From positions 17,399 to 81,398 of the forward strand of contig NIVC01003709.1 in assembly GCA_002269645.1 (NCBI GenBank): a DNA stretch of 64,000 bases, in the 5' to 3' direction. This DNA comes from Macrostomum lignano. Lineage: Eukaryota. Below the pieces are notes generated by a model that did not search any database, was not told where the DNA came from, and was given only the letters and a program-made list of their open reading frames with translations. Of the stretch, positions 22,806 through 36,769 are shown one piece after another; the stretch's first letter is position 1, and the number at the start of each line of letters is the position of its first letter. A program made the position numbers and the translations under genes.

Positions 22806-23888
22806 TTAGGATTCGCGGTGAAGTACGCAGCTGCGGACAAATGCTTGACAGCGCTCAGCATAGAAGTTCGGCTCGACAACGCTAACAGATTCGCCGTCCG
22901 TAACCAGGGTACAGAGCGCGTGGCCCAAGCGTCTGGAAAGAGGATAGCCTTGTAGGACATCAATAAGACCAACGCACAGCAAGAGACATTCACCAGTTTG
23001 TCTATCCTTAGCTGGCAGGCAACAACAGTACGAGAGGCCACTGTTCTCATTGATTACAGTGGAATTATTACCTTCGCCAGGCTTTGCAATGCATAACAAC
23101 AGGCTATAGTTAGTGAGACCAAACGAGCGCAGCGCCATGCAGTCTCTGGCTAGAGCATCATTAAGCTGGTCGTATGCAGGCGCAGCAAGCCACAAGCCGG
23201 AGCGCCGGGTCTCGCGAAAGTCCAAGTCTTTTAGCAGCGGACAGGGACCAGCGCGTTCAGCCGGATTGGCCCGTCTCTTGTAAGTAGAGCCTTTCAAGTC
23301 GTACAATTCCACCGACTCGGCTGCAAAGCAAGTGCGCAGCGGCAGCAGACAGTCGGCAACGGCGACAAAACGGACGCGTCGGAATCCGCACCGGCAGCGG
23401 TACAGGCCGCAGTAGCGCGGCAACAAAGTTGGCGAGCCCTGCGTCAAGATTAGATAATACTGCTGCAACAGGCGCAGCAGCCGCCTGACTTCTTGGCGGC
23501 GCACCGACTTGAACAGGAAGCGACCGTCTACAGTCCGACCAAGTATGTCAGAGTCGGAAGTGTCAGCAACTCCAGCACGAACGGAGACTAGAAACTGATC
23601 CAAAATTTGTTCGTTTTCCCTGGTGCTGCTGCTCGTGCCGCTGCTAGAACTGCACGAGTAAAGCTGTCGCAGATGACGAAAAGCAGCCGGAGCGTAGCAC
23701 TTCAGCGAAAAATCTGTCGCTTCGTGATTGGGGGTATCCGGCCCACCGGCCGCTGGAAATTCGACGGTGCTTGCTGTTCGAAAGTCCGAAATCAACAAGT
23801 CGCGCACTGGCGAAGCTGCTTCGCAGCTGAGAGCGTGTCCAACAGCTAGCTGAATCATGGTCGACAATTCAGTGTACTTTCTGTTCAT
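22806..23888 (-). CDS. Divergent intronless type I PIP kinase-like protein (PIP5K1-like), probable pseudokinase, 360 aa
   Basis: Colinear with the PIP5K1 kinase core: CYAPAAFRHLR, FKSV, LLPRYCGLY, YDLKGSTYKRRA, KDLDF, RDC...NYSLL, GLIDVLQ, DGESVSV..P.FYAER. Confidence 0.88.
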   Translation of the reverse strand: MNRKYTELSTMIQLAVGHALSCEAASPVRDLLISDFRTASTVEFPAAGGPDTPNHEATDFSLKCYAPAAFRHLRQLYSCSSSSGTSSSTRENEQILDQFLVSVRAGVADTSDSDILGRTVDGRFLFKSVRRQEVRRLLRLLQQYYLILTQGSPTLLPRYCGLYRCRCGFRRVRFVAVADCLLPLRTCFAAESVELYDLKGSTYKRRANPAERAGPCPLLKDLDFRETRRSGLWLAAPAYDQLNDALARDCMALRSFGLTNYSLLLCIAKPGEGNNSTVINENSGLSYCCCLPAKDRQTGECLLLCVGLIDVLQGYPLSRRLGHALCTLVTDGESVSVVEPNFYAERCQAFVRSCVLHRES

Positions 23889-25580
23889 TTTTCACAACTA
23901 TATTTGCTTGTTTCATTCAGTTTAATGTAAAAAATTGCAGACCTTCTCGCCCTTTTGTTTCAAAGAGATAGATTTGTGTATAGGGGATAGCAATCGAACC
24001 ACGCCCTATATTTTATATAGCAATAAACACCTGACGCCCTCACTAATTCCACTCGCGTCTTTATTTCACATGATTGTATTTACACGTGCGGTCTCGGTGT
24101 TATTCTTTGTCAACCGAAGGGAAACTGGGCAGCCACCTCCCTTGCTCTCTCTCTCTGTCTCTGATCAAGGCGTACCAGTCAACTATAGGTCCTGCCCTAG
24201 CCGCGCCAATGAGTACAGAGCACTTATGCGCAAGCCCCTACGCAGTATTCGTAAACGCAGCACTACGCGAAAACGCTTGTTAACTCGAGCGTATGTCCTG
24301 CTGAGACGATTTTTGTCTTTATCTGTTCTTGGGGCTTATTTTACAAGCACTTCATTGTGAAGAGCAGCTAGATTATAGCATGGGATGCGCTTTCATCTGA
24401 GCTTTCTTGAAACCATGGACCATCAAAGGAATGCTGCAACCGAAACTGCAAGACAGCGAATATATAGGACAGCTTCTTGTAGCTCTTGTAACTCCAGTTT
24501 ACCGTTGTCATGCTAAATTAAACTGCAGCAAACAAATTCTCAAAGCATTTGAGCGTTAAAACACACTGTTTAAATGTCTTTCTAATCTTCGACATGCACG
24601 GACAAAAAGAATAAATAAATCATGACATACTAGTGCATACCGCAGTATTGTCTCTATATACGTAAACTAATGATTTAACTTTATACATTCAAATGAGAAG
24701 CAATGTAAACAAGAACGGCAGATACAAAGTAATAAACAGCTTAACGCGATAAAATTTTGCACTTTCTAGTACAAAAAAGGTGAGCGGACTAAAATAACCC
24801 ATAGAATTGTCAAGCACCTGGAATATAATCCTGATTCCTGACACAGTAGTACCCTGAAATGATAAGCTGACAGGTTGGGAAATTCGGAAGCCGAGAGTGA
24901 TGAAGAATACAAAATATGAGCATACTTTAGATAAAACACAGCCTCAGAAGAAGCTAAGAACAAGAGCACTTGATAGGAACAAGAGACAGTCATCAGACTG
25001 ATTATAGGTATTCGATAAAATGAATTTGTAAGGATGCATTTGGTTGGCAGCCAGGTGCTATTATAGGTATATCTCTACTGATCTGAAATCTGAAATTCGA
25101 CAACACCAGGCCTGAAGGCTTAGCAACTAGACAATCAGCTCTGCTACTATAAAATTTAATTGTGAATTAAGCAATACGAACGACAAAAGTGTTATTAAAT
25201 TTATACTAATAATAGAAGCAAATTACAGTAAGAATATATGCATACATATATTTTCTGAAATTAGGCATATAATATAAAATCCGACTCCATTGTCAAGTTT
25301 GGGCGGATTGAATAACACACACTGGAACAGTAATCGACTGAGGCGCATAAAATATCCTGTTATAATTCATAGCATACGGTACCTAATGTAAACTAGTAGT
25401 AGATTTATGCCAATTTCACACCGTATACATACAGTATATCATAATTAGTATTTACTAGACAAGCAAATGTTACTACTTAAGTGACACTTGACCGAAAAAT
25501 ATAGGTTGAGTAAGTGAGACACAGAAGGCCAAAAAACAAGCATTAGACAGCAACATCAAGCAGGAATAAATTAGATTCAA

Positions 25581-26700
25581 CCACAGATACAAGAATAACT
25601 GTCACTTGCTCTCATCTACTCTATTGTCAGTAGCAAAACTGGGGTTTTTGTCTTAAGTTAATGAATTTAAAAATAGTTTTTAAAGAGCAACAATCGTCAC
25701 TGGCTGTCTACAAGAAGACCCATCAAAAGCATCTTCATCCTGCTTGAAGCTGCACCCATCCAGTGCGTGTGCATAGAGAGCTATATTGGGCCTACCCCCT
25801 AGACTGAGTTTCGTCCGTCTGACTTTGACCTCTCTCCTTGCTGCTCTCTCATTGGCTGAGCTAGATTGGGCCTGCCCCCTAGATTGAGGTTTGTCTGTCT
25901 GATTTTGACCTCTCCCCTTGCTGCTCTGTCATTGGCTGAGCTAGATTGGGCCTGCCCCCTAGATTGAGGTTTGTCTGTCTGATTTTGACCTCTCCCCTTG
26001 CTGCTCTCTCATTGGCTGAGCTAGATTGGGCCTGCCCCCTAGATTGAGGTTTGTCTGTCTGATTTTGACCTCTCCCCTTGCTGCTCTCTCATTGGCTGAG
26101 CTAGATTGGGCCTGCCCCCTAGATTGAGGTTTGTCTGTCTGATTTTGACCTCTCCCCTTGCTGCTCTCTCATTGACTGAGCTAGAAGGAATGCTTTCACA
26201 AGGTCGAAAATTTAATATAACAAGAACCATACAGTAGTTTCCTACGTTGTGAAATTTCGACCTTGTGAAATTTCGACCATATGAAGTCTCTTGCTAAAGT
26301 TTTCAATGTTGTGAAATTTCGATCTTGTGAAGTTTTGACCTTGTGAAAGTGGCTGCAGCTGTTTAAGTTTTCTACGTTGTGAAATTTTGACCTTATGAAG
26401 TCCTTTGCTAAAGTTTTCGATGTTTTGAAAATTCGACCTTGTGAAAGTGGCTGCTATTTGAGTTTTCGACGTTGTGAAATTTCGAGTTTGTGAACCCCCC
26501 CCCAGCTAGATTGGGCCTGCCCCCTAGGTTGAGGTTTGTCTGTTTGACTTTGACCTCTCTCCTTGCTGCTCTCTCATTGGCTGAGCTAGATTTGGCCTGC
26601 CCACACAACACTGTGCATACAAACTACTGAAAACAGAGTAGATGCTGTACTTTTACACAACTTTTTTGCGAGTGATATCTGGTTATTCTAGTATGTGTCT
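25581..26700. mobile_element. Non-autonomous TIR element carrying an 80-bp satellite, copy A
   Basis: Left end CCACAGATACAAGAATAACT-GTCACTTGC; right end GCGAGTGATATCTGGTTATTCTAGTATGTG (inverse). About 6 internal 80-bp units (25778-26184, 26504-26600). Arms are homologous to 30830-31890 in the opposite orientation. Confidence 0.72.
26185..26503. mobile_element. Nested 319-bp insertion made of ~17-bp GTTGTGAAATTTCGACC-like repeats
   Basis: Interrupts an 80-bp unit, with AGCTAG duplicated at 26179-26184 and 26504-26509. Confidence 0.7.
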
Positions 26701-27515
26701 ATTTAACAGAGGAAATATGCGGCTACATAAATATAATTATTTATAGTACGAGCTACATGCATGCTAGAAAGCACTCCTAATAACGAGGAAAGAAAGATAG
26801 GAAAAATGTGCCTCCCTAAGCCTACTTACAAACTGTAAAACGCACGCGCAGTAGACAGCAGAATAACTAGTTAGTATCTCGTATATGAAAAATTCAAGTA
26901 AATTTTCAGGTACAAAATTGCTGGATAAGAAATTTCTGCAGAGAATCAAGCAAAATTACAATCAACAGTAAACTTATCACACAGACAATGTAGAAATAAA
27001 TTTTACTTTGTGTCCCTCGTCGGAGTAGATTATAGGAAAGGCGATTAATATACCGCTTTAAATGGTTTTAACGCAAACCTTTGACATCGTTAACTTGAGA
27101 TAAATATATGCAAAAAATATGCTTAACTTGCGCTTTTTAGAATAAAATATTCTTTGTTCAGGATGAGCTAGTTCAAAATAGAGTTAATTGAACTTGCCAA
27201 TTATTACAACATATGCATGGAGAAAAAGTATAAACCTTCGAACTACTGTGGGTTAATTTTACTTAGCTTGAGAACAAATAAATAACAGCTTATGATCCGC
27301 TGCATTATTTATTCCTATAAAACGTGCCTACCTGCACAACATTAAAATAAGAATTCTTATTCTTTAAAAATTGAGAAAGAAACTAAATTTTTTGCAGTCA
27401 TTTACATCTGAGTGAGTCACAGATCTTAAAACACTACCGTAGGTAGTATCGCTAATTTAGTAATTGGCTTTACCAGAGCTTTAGCATCCTGTAGACTTTA
27501 GCTAGCGTCAACAAA

Positions 27516-29057
<1,542 letters not shown>

Positions 29058-29480
29058 TTAAACTAGGTGCTGAAATGTGACTAATTTCAAAACATATTTC
29101 TACTTCTAGTAGAGTATAGAAGACATCTGAATTGTTTTTCTTTTTAACGTTTTTTGGCGTTTTAAATTATTTTTTTCTGCATTTCTTCTAAAAGTATAAA
29201 ATCGTAAATCACATTGGGGGAAGTGGCGATTAACAACTCCTAGAGACCGGCCTCGCGGCTTCCCTACATACTAATATACCCATGGCCTAAATCCCCAAAA
29301 CAAACCGGTAGCGGATGATTACTAAGAGCACGTGACCTAGAGCTTTGACACGAAGAAAACAAAATAAGTAAATCACTAACGATGGTCAATGCTTATCATA
29401 AATCTAGCATTAGTAAAATAAGACTTTGTATTTTTCTTTTTTCATCGAAAACAGAAGTACTAGCCGCGTAGAAAGAATAC

Positions 29481-29528
29481 GGACAGGACAGGCAGACAGG
29501 CAGACAGGCAGACAGACAGACAGACAGG
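29481..29528. repeat. (GACA/GGCA)n microsatellite
   Basis: Read directly from the sequence. Confidence 0.9.
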
Positions 29529-30829
29529 CCACAATTAGACGGACACACGCTGGTGCATTCAAACTAGCAGCGATCAAAGAGATGAAACTTCATCTGCATT
29601 AGAAAACGTGTTGGTAGGTAGTAAAAATAGGCTTTTTGAACTATATTTTATACTATGTATGGTTAGCACTACTACTATTACTACTATTAGTACTGGCTAG
29701 CGAGCAAAGGCCTAACAAAAGCCATTAATGTTACACAAGCAGCGAAGGGGAAAGTGCGAAGGTGTGGCGGCCACAAAATATAAAGTTATATAACAAAATC
29801 AAACAATGTATAATAAACACTAAAAAGATGGCGGCAATGAAACCGGTCTATATACTACTTATAATGTAGTGCTGAACATTTTCCTCTAGTGGAAAATTAG
29901 ATTAGGCTCGCGCAGAGACACAACAGAAGTTGTTAAATTGTTTGAAACCTGTCTTGACTTAACAATATATGCTTAAGGATTGGAGACGCGGGCTGTTACA
30001 AACCAGAATATAATTATCCCATTACAAACCAGATAGGGAACTTTGACTAAGGGATCAGGGAGGGGGTTCAGCATTAAATTAAATGACGGGACGGAACTAG
30101 GGAGATGCGTTCAAAGGACCAGAAGAAAAAAATTAAGGATTTGATTGTCTCATTCACAGAATATGCTCAGAATGCTCAAGAATGGTTCCTACTAAAAAAA
30201 AGAATTAACATTCGCACAGCCTACTTATGATGTGATCTTTCTCAGTAGTACGAATCAAAATCTACGAGACAAGCCAGCAATAAATTGCAAAGAATTTGCA
30301 AATTGCCATTCGGCCTACTCATGGATTCTGTGGGTCCTATCAGTGACTGGGCTTCTTAGGTCCAACCTTAGGCCAATTCAGTGAATGCAATTTAGTCATG
30401 TCCATCATGCATCAGCGCGACTGTGGATAAACTTATGGAATGCGGCATGCAGACCCACTGAGGGAAATCAAATAGCAAAAAATAAAATGACAAACGGACT
30501 GCAGGCACAGAACAGCAAACAGCGAAAATGAACAGTGAACACATTTTATAGCAAAAGGATGTTATCTAAACTACAGACACTGCTCAAATTTCTTCTCAAA
30601 CTAATTTTGGCAAGGAAAGACGCAAACGCTACTAACTATACGAGTACACACTCTCGTAATTGTATTTATTACGTATGGTATTATATACTTACATATTTCT
30701 CTAACAAAAATCATGCCTAGTGATTTGTTACTACATTAAATAGTCAGGAAAACGTTTTAAAAAATAATGACAACACAAACTAAACAATGAACGAAAACAC
30801 TTAGTTGAAAAATGATTCCTTAGGTCCTA

Positions 30830-31890
30830 TCACAGATACTAGACTAACTAGACATGTCACTCGTAATGTAAGAAAGTTTGTCAACAAGTTCAGCATCTAC
30901 ACTTTTTCAATAGTTTATCCGTGCAGTGTCACTTAAACTTAATGTGGCAACTAAAATTTCCTTTTTGCGGGCTAAGGAATTTAACTCGATGTACGCAAGT
31001 AAACTCAGCTAGGGGGCAGGCCCAATCTAGCTCAGCCAATGAGAGAGCAGCAAGAGAGAGGTCAAAGTCAGACGGACGAAACTCAGCCTAGGGGGCAGGC
31101 CCAATCTAGCTCAGCCAATGAGAGAGCAGCAAGGAGAGAGGTCAAAGTCAGACGGACGAAACTCAGCCTAGGGGGCAGGCCCAATCTAGCTCAGCCAATG
31201 AGAGAGCAGCAAGGAGAGAGGTCAAAGTCAGACGGACGAAACTCAGCCTAGGGGCAGGCCCAATCTAGCTCAGCCAATGAGAGAGCAGCAAGGAGAGAGG
31301 TCAAAGTCAGACGGACGAAACTCAGCCTCAGCCAATCTAGAGCCAATGAGAGAGCAGCAAGGAGAGAGGTCAAAGTCAGACGGACGAAACTCAGCCTAGG
31401 GGCAGGCCCAATCTAGCTCAGCCAATGAGAGAGCAGCAAAGAGAGGTCAAAGTCAGACGGACGAAACTCAGCCTAGGGGCAGGCCTAGGCCTATACATAA
31501 GCAGTTGTTATATATCATCCTTGGACAGGACTAATCTAGCTCAGCCAATGAGAGAGCAGTAAGGGAGAGATCAAAGTCAGACACAAAGGGTAAGAGAAAA
31601 GCCTAACTGTTTATTGGCCTGGATGGCGCCACCTTTTTTTCTCTCTTGCTTGCTATGCACCCGCACTGGATTTGGGTGCAGCTTCCAACAGGATGAAGAT
31701 CCTAATTTAATTGGGTCTGCTTGTAGACAGCCAGAGATGCGATTGTTGCAGCTATTAAATATTAAAAATATCTGCAAAATTTAATAAATTTTAATCCTAA
31801 TAATATAAAGGCAGAAACGCTACTTTTGCTACTGAAAGATTGATGAGCGAGCGCATTTCTTGCGAGTGACATCCAGTTGTTCTAGTATCT
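30830..31890. mobile_element. Non-autonomous TIR element carrying an 80-bp satellite, copy B (inverted relative to copy A)
   Basis: Left end CACAGATACTAGACTAACTAGACATGTCACTCG; right end GCGAGTGACATCCAGTTGTTCTAGTATCT. About 7 units of GGGGCAGGCCCAATCTAGCTCAGCCAATGAGAGAGCAGCAAGGAGAGAGGTCAAAGTCAGACGGACGAAACTCAGCCTAG at ~31005-31580. 31650-31750 is the inverse of 25688-25778. Confidence 0.75.
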
Positions 31891-33359
31891 CCTCTCCTAT
31901 AGGAGTCCCTCTAATTAACAAGAGTTTTGTTAACTGAAAGGACTGTTTTATGCACACACAATATAAGACAGTAACTGACTAACTAGAAACAAATATAAAA
32001 CTTGTTTTTTTTCAAATAAAAAAACGATAGACAGCAAGCTAACACAACAGCACGGGTGCAAAGAATGGATGATCTCAACAAAGCAAATACATTATACGTA
32101 CTGCAAGCAAAGTTTAAAGACAACGGCAGAGAAATTCAACTGGGAACAAAAATAGCTTTCTCGCATGGTTATAATATCGCAAACAGAAACCTGTTTTGGT
32201 TGAAGATTATTGTGACAAAGTGGCTGAATAATCAACTGAAAAATTAATTAATGTTTAATTAGCTTTTAACGGCAAGACAAATTTTCATATTGAAAGTTCA
32301 AATGTCTGAATATGCGCAGAAGTTGCAACAAGTTCGAACAGATATTATATTCAAACAGAGACTGCATAGATAATTGAGCAATTAACATAATAGAACAAAT
32401 TGACACCTTTATAAACAAAATGATGAACACACAAATACAGACCTCGGCAGCCTAAAAGTCCCAATGCAATTCCGCTGCAATTCATGGAAGGCTAATTATA
32501 ACACAAAGATATGGTATAAGTTAATTACTCGTAGATATTATATAAACCTACAAAGGTGTGAACAAAATAAATGGCTCAAGCAAATATAATAATGAACAAT
32601 GAAATATGAATAATATGAAAGTATTTAGCACTCAATGTACAAGAATATGGATTTGTGTTTAAGCTCTATCTAAAAGATACGATATATATTGTAGGGGAAT
32701 AATAGCGAAATGATTACAATTATTAAGGACTACTAATGCACGTTACGAAGGCCAACTAGTTATTTTGGTCACTTGAAAAGGACTAACAAAAAAACAACAA
32801 AGGTGTTACGCATCATATCAAACGGACCAGCTCTCTCTCTCGTAAGCATGTGCCATAGAGAGAGTGGACACAGGGACTTCAAGCTGGCTAAAGGCGCTTA
32901 GGTCAAATTGCATATCAATTATTTTTATGACAAATGTGCTAATGAACTGATAGCGCAGAAAATTAAGTTAAAAATTGTAACTAGCAAGTAATGCTACTAG
33001 CAGTAGGGAAAATCGTACATAAGGTCTATACAACCGAGGGGGGCACAAATTAAGGGACCTTCTATAATTCAAGGGGCTTCCTTAAGCGAAGGGCGCGGAT
33101 TAACAATGATACACAAAAGTTGGCATAACATTATTTAGAAAACAAGACAAGCACAAAAGTAAACAACTTTAGCTTACAAAATTGGACAAAAAGAAAACGA
33201 CGAAAACTGGATTGTTCGCCTCAGCTAAGAGAAAGAAAGATGATTTGAATTGATATGTAATTGATTGGAGCGAAGTATAATTAAATCCAGCTACAGGAAA
33301 ACTCGGCCCATATTAGCAATCGATCCGCACACTAGCCGAATAATTAGCTAGTAGTAAAG

Positions 33360-35330
33360 TTAGCACAGCGAATAAAGAAAGGAAATTAACTGCGAATGAT
33401 TCGGACTGCACGAGTCAAGATCGCGTCTAAGCAAGGCGTTCTCTTCGGCCTTCTGGCGCAGCAGCTTCTCGTACTCGGCCGGATTCAGCGGCCTTGGACG
33501 ACGCTGAGGGGCAGCACCAGCGGTAGCAACGGGTGCGGCTGTGGCAGTGGCAGCAGCCGTGTCGGAGACTCCGGGCGAGCCAGACCGAGAGGACGACGAG
33601 GTGCGCACCGTAGAAGCCGGCGTCTGGCTGGAGTTTGGCGGCGACGGTCCAGCTGCGGCGGCGGCGGCGGCAGACGCAGGCGGAGCGGCAGCTGAATGAG
33701 CACCGTTATGAGCTCGCGCTGACGCCGAATGGGCCGACGAAGCCTGACGGTGCTGTTGGTATGCCTGTGGACCCTGCTGATCAGCACTTTGACGCGGCGG
33801 CTTATGCTTGGGAGGGGGCGCGCTGTGAATAGTGGAAGTGGCGTCAGCCCGTTTAGTGAGTCGCTTGCGCTCTTTCTTAGACAGGACCACAGAGAAGGCG
33901 TCTTCCTGGACGGGCTCCGGCGCGGTTAGATTGTCGAAATCTGTGAATTCCAGCTGCTGCTGCCGTTTCTCAGCTGAACTGTTAACGATGCCATCTTTAA
34001 CAACACCGCTGCTAGGCGGTGCGGCAACCGAATCAGACGATGGCGCAGACTCATTACTTTCTTTCTCTTCTTCTGACAGCTTCTTCTGAAGCGCGGATGT
34101 TTTATCAGCAGTCGAGGAGTCAACGAAAGGCTCCTGCGGCTGCGACTGGGTGTTAGCTTCACTGGCTGCTGCTGTTGAAGCATCTTCAACAGATGGACTA
34201 GGCGGAGACTTCGGCCGGGCATCCGAGGCTATCTTGCCGCTATCCTTGGCATGCTTCTTCTGCTTCGGCTGCTGCTGTGGCAGCTGCAGTTGAGGGTGCA
34301 CAATACTTCTAGGAGCAATGCTTTTCTTACTCCTGGAGCCTGGATTGTTTTCAATAAAACTGAGCAGCGAGTCAATGTCTTCATTGCCACGATTGCCCTG
34401 AACGTCCTGAGCTTTAATCGTTGCCCGAACTCCCTGCTCCCGACGTTTTTTCTTGCTTTTGGCGCCTCGATCCGAAGCCGGGCCGCCGCTGGACCCGTCC
34501 AAGCCGTACTGCAGCTGGCTGTAGTGCACAGCCTTCGGCTCGCTTGGATCCGTGGAATCCGCTGAGGACTGACCGCTGAACTGCTGCTGCTGCTTCTTAG
34601 ACGAACCAGTCTTGCCGGCCTGCTCCGGCGGACTGCCGCTCTTCTGACGGCGCTTCTCCGACGAATAAGCAGTGGAAGCGCTTGGCCGAGCTGACTCCGA
34701 GGCGGCAGTCGACCCAGAGGAGGCGGTGACAGCTGCAGCGGCCTTGTATTTGGTGGAGGCGGCACCAGAGGCACTAGCATAGCCTAAGCCGTTGCTATTA
34801 GTGTACGCCACCGCGTAGCCAGATTGGCGGCCTTGTCCGGCGTTCTTATAGTAGCCGAACTGACCAAAGCCGCCGTCAGAGTTCTCGCCCTCGTCGTCGC
34901 CGTCGTCATCGACGTTGTCGCTGTCTCCGTTACTATCGTCGTCATCGCCGTTCTCGTTGTCGCCGAGTGGCCGATAGGGTATGCTAGTAGTGTCGCGAGT
35001 GTAATAAGCCCGGTCCGGGCCGCACAGCTGCAGATTCTGCTGCTGCATTCCGTGGAGCTGATTACCGGCGTCATCGCTGGAGTCGGACGAGTTCGTGGCG
35101 CCGGCGGCGTCCATCGCGTAGCCGTCGTAGGCGCGGTTGTTCTGATTGGCCGCCGCACGAGCCACGTCGTCGGTGTGCAGCTGGTCGGCTAGAACAATTC
35201 GATCGTCCGCCTCCTCGGGGGCGGGCGCCGACGACAACGAAGACACAGAGTCGTCAGTGTCAGCCGCATTGAACTGATCGTCAGCCTGGCCTTCGTGGCG
35301 TCGTTGCAGCTTCCGATTGACGTCCTTCAT
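33360..35330 (-). CDS. Uncharacterised low-complexity protein, 656 aa, single ORF
   Basis: Long GC-rich ORF with the same codon style as neighbouring genes. Mostly disordered, with two ordered motifs (QGNRGNEDIDSLLSFIE; NHSQLISFLY). An in-frame stop lies upstream of the ATG. Confidence 0.8.
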   Translation of the reverse strand: MKDVNRKLQRRHEGQADDQFNAADTDDSVSSLSSAPAPEEADDRIVLADQLHTDDVARAAANQNNRAYDGYAMDAAGATNSSDSSDDAGNQLHGMQQQNLQLCGPDRAYYTRDTTSIPYRPLGDNENGDDDDSNGDSDNVDDDGDDEGENSDGGFGQFGYYKNAGQGRQSGYAVAYTNSNGLGYASASGAASTKYKAAAAVTASSGSTAASESARPSASTAYSSEKRRQKSGSPPEQAGKTGSSKKQQQQFSGQSSADSTDPSEPKAVHYSQLQYGLDGSSGGPASDRGAKSKKKRREQGVRATIKAQDVQGNRGNEDIDSLLSFIENNPGSRSKKSIAPRSIVHPQLQLPQQQPKQKKHAKDSGKIASDARPKSPPSPSVEDASTAAASEANTQSQPQEPFVDSSTADKTSALQKKLSEEEKESNESAPSSDSVAAPPSSGVVKDGIVNSSAEKRQQQLEFTDFDNLTAPEPVQEDAFSVVLSKKERKRLTKRADATSTIHSAPPPKHKPPRQSADQQGPQAYQQHRQASSAHSASARAHNGAHSAAAPPASAAAAAAAGPSPPNSSQTPASTVRTSSSSRSGSPGVSDTAAATATAAPVATAGAAPQRRPRPLNPAEYEKLLRQKAEENALLRRDLDSCSPNHSQLISFLYSLC

Positions 35331-36147
35331 TTTGCCACGATTATACGCGATTGCAGCAGCGTTATTATTGCAATCGATTATGTGATGATTAATTGCGCCT
35401 TTTGACTTCTTGATCTTTATAGCGGAGCTTCAGGCACAGCTGAGGTTGCTAATAGATTTTCACCTGATGGTAGCAAATGTCCAAATAGTTGTCCTCCTGA
35501 TTAGTTTGTAAGCGGTTAAATAACTAGTCCAAATTGCGAGTTAAATGAAGACTGTAGCACTGAAACATTAAGAAATGGCAACAAAGTTGTATATTAAGAA
35601 CGACATTAAATTTTACAAAGGAGACGTACAAACTATCTTTAAACAAAGCTGACCATCTATTTCCATATAAAATAGTCTATATAACCTGTGAAGTGGACTG
35701 AGTAGACTAAAGGCTTTGGCCATAGACAACAGACTAAGGGTGCAGTTGAGATTGGAGAACATCTTTAACACAGAAGACAAGCGAATATAAAGTACATGAT
35801 TTAGTAAGCTAAACTTAAACAGTATTGCAACTCAATAATTTAAGACTTTCTGCTTATTAACTTAATTCTTATAAAACCTAGAAGTTGGTATAGAAGGTTC
35901 AAAGTTTCTTAGGGGGGGGGGGGTGCCAAAACATCTAAGTTTTGTTTGCCTAAACCCCAAAGCTATATTATTCAGAAAAGAAATTTAAAAAATCAGATGC
36001 AACACAGATAGCACGCGCTTGAAAAGGCATACTGGCTATAATGTATTTACAAAGTGCAAGTTACATTTTCATATAATGCTCGCAATATAGGGTGGGAATT
36101 TTCGCATTTTTTGAGAACTAAATGCGAATAATTAACAATATGATGCA

Positions 36148-36606
36148 TCAATCAACAACCGGGACATTAGCGGCGCACGCCTCCTCTTCCAGATCGTATT
36201 GAATATCTAGTAGCCGATCTCGGGTGTCCTCCAGCGCCCGACGCATTTCGATAAGCTGCTTGCGTTCTTCCGTATTAGCGATCTCTTTCACATTGTGCAT
36301 CCAAGAGAAATCGTCAAGTATTGACGCCCGCTTCATCTCCAACACTTGGCGTTTCAATAGGTGGCAGGCTCGAACTAGATTGGCGGCCCGGGTGCTCAGT
36401 TCTAGATAGTCTTGCGACGTCTGCGTCACAGTAGCGATTCTGGTGCTGCTCTCGGACAGGCTCCCCGGCTGCGCCTGGACAGGCTCCGGCTTTGCCAGGG
36501 ACAGCATCTCGGAGAAATTCTCCAATATTAAGCGGACATCCGACCGGACATTGTTGCGCATTTCAGATAACTGCTGGTTAGCTTGCTGGCTTGCCTGGCG
36601 AGACAT
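36148..36606 (-). CDS. MED22: Mediator subunit 22, intronless, 152 aa
   Basis: DVRLILENFSEMLSLAK, ELSTRAANLVRA, ILDDFS and YDLEEE match the MED22/SURF5 pattern (DIKSIMDNFTEIIKTAK, VRAANIVRA, ILNDFP, YELEEE). Confidence 0.9.
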   Translation of the reverse strand: MSRQASQQANQQLSEMRNNVRSDVRLILENFSEMLSLAKPEPVQAQPGSLSESSTRIATVTQTSQDYLELSTRAANLVRACHLLKRQVLEMKRASILDDFSWMHNVKEIANTEERKQLIEMRRALEDTRDRLLDIQYDLEEEACAANVPVVD

Positions 36607-36769
36607 GCTGCCCGCTGCGGGAGGGCGGCATGATAGGCTGTGTAAGGGAAATTTCTCGTGGGGACATTTTTCATGCTTTAAGCTATTTATAAGTAGCTAC
36701 GCACTGCATAGTTGAAATAGCGTTCCTGAACTGAATTTCAACAGATTGATTCAAAGAATTTCAAAGACT

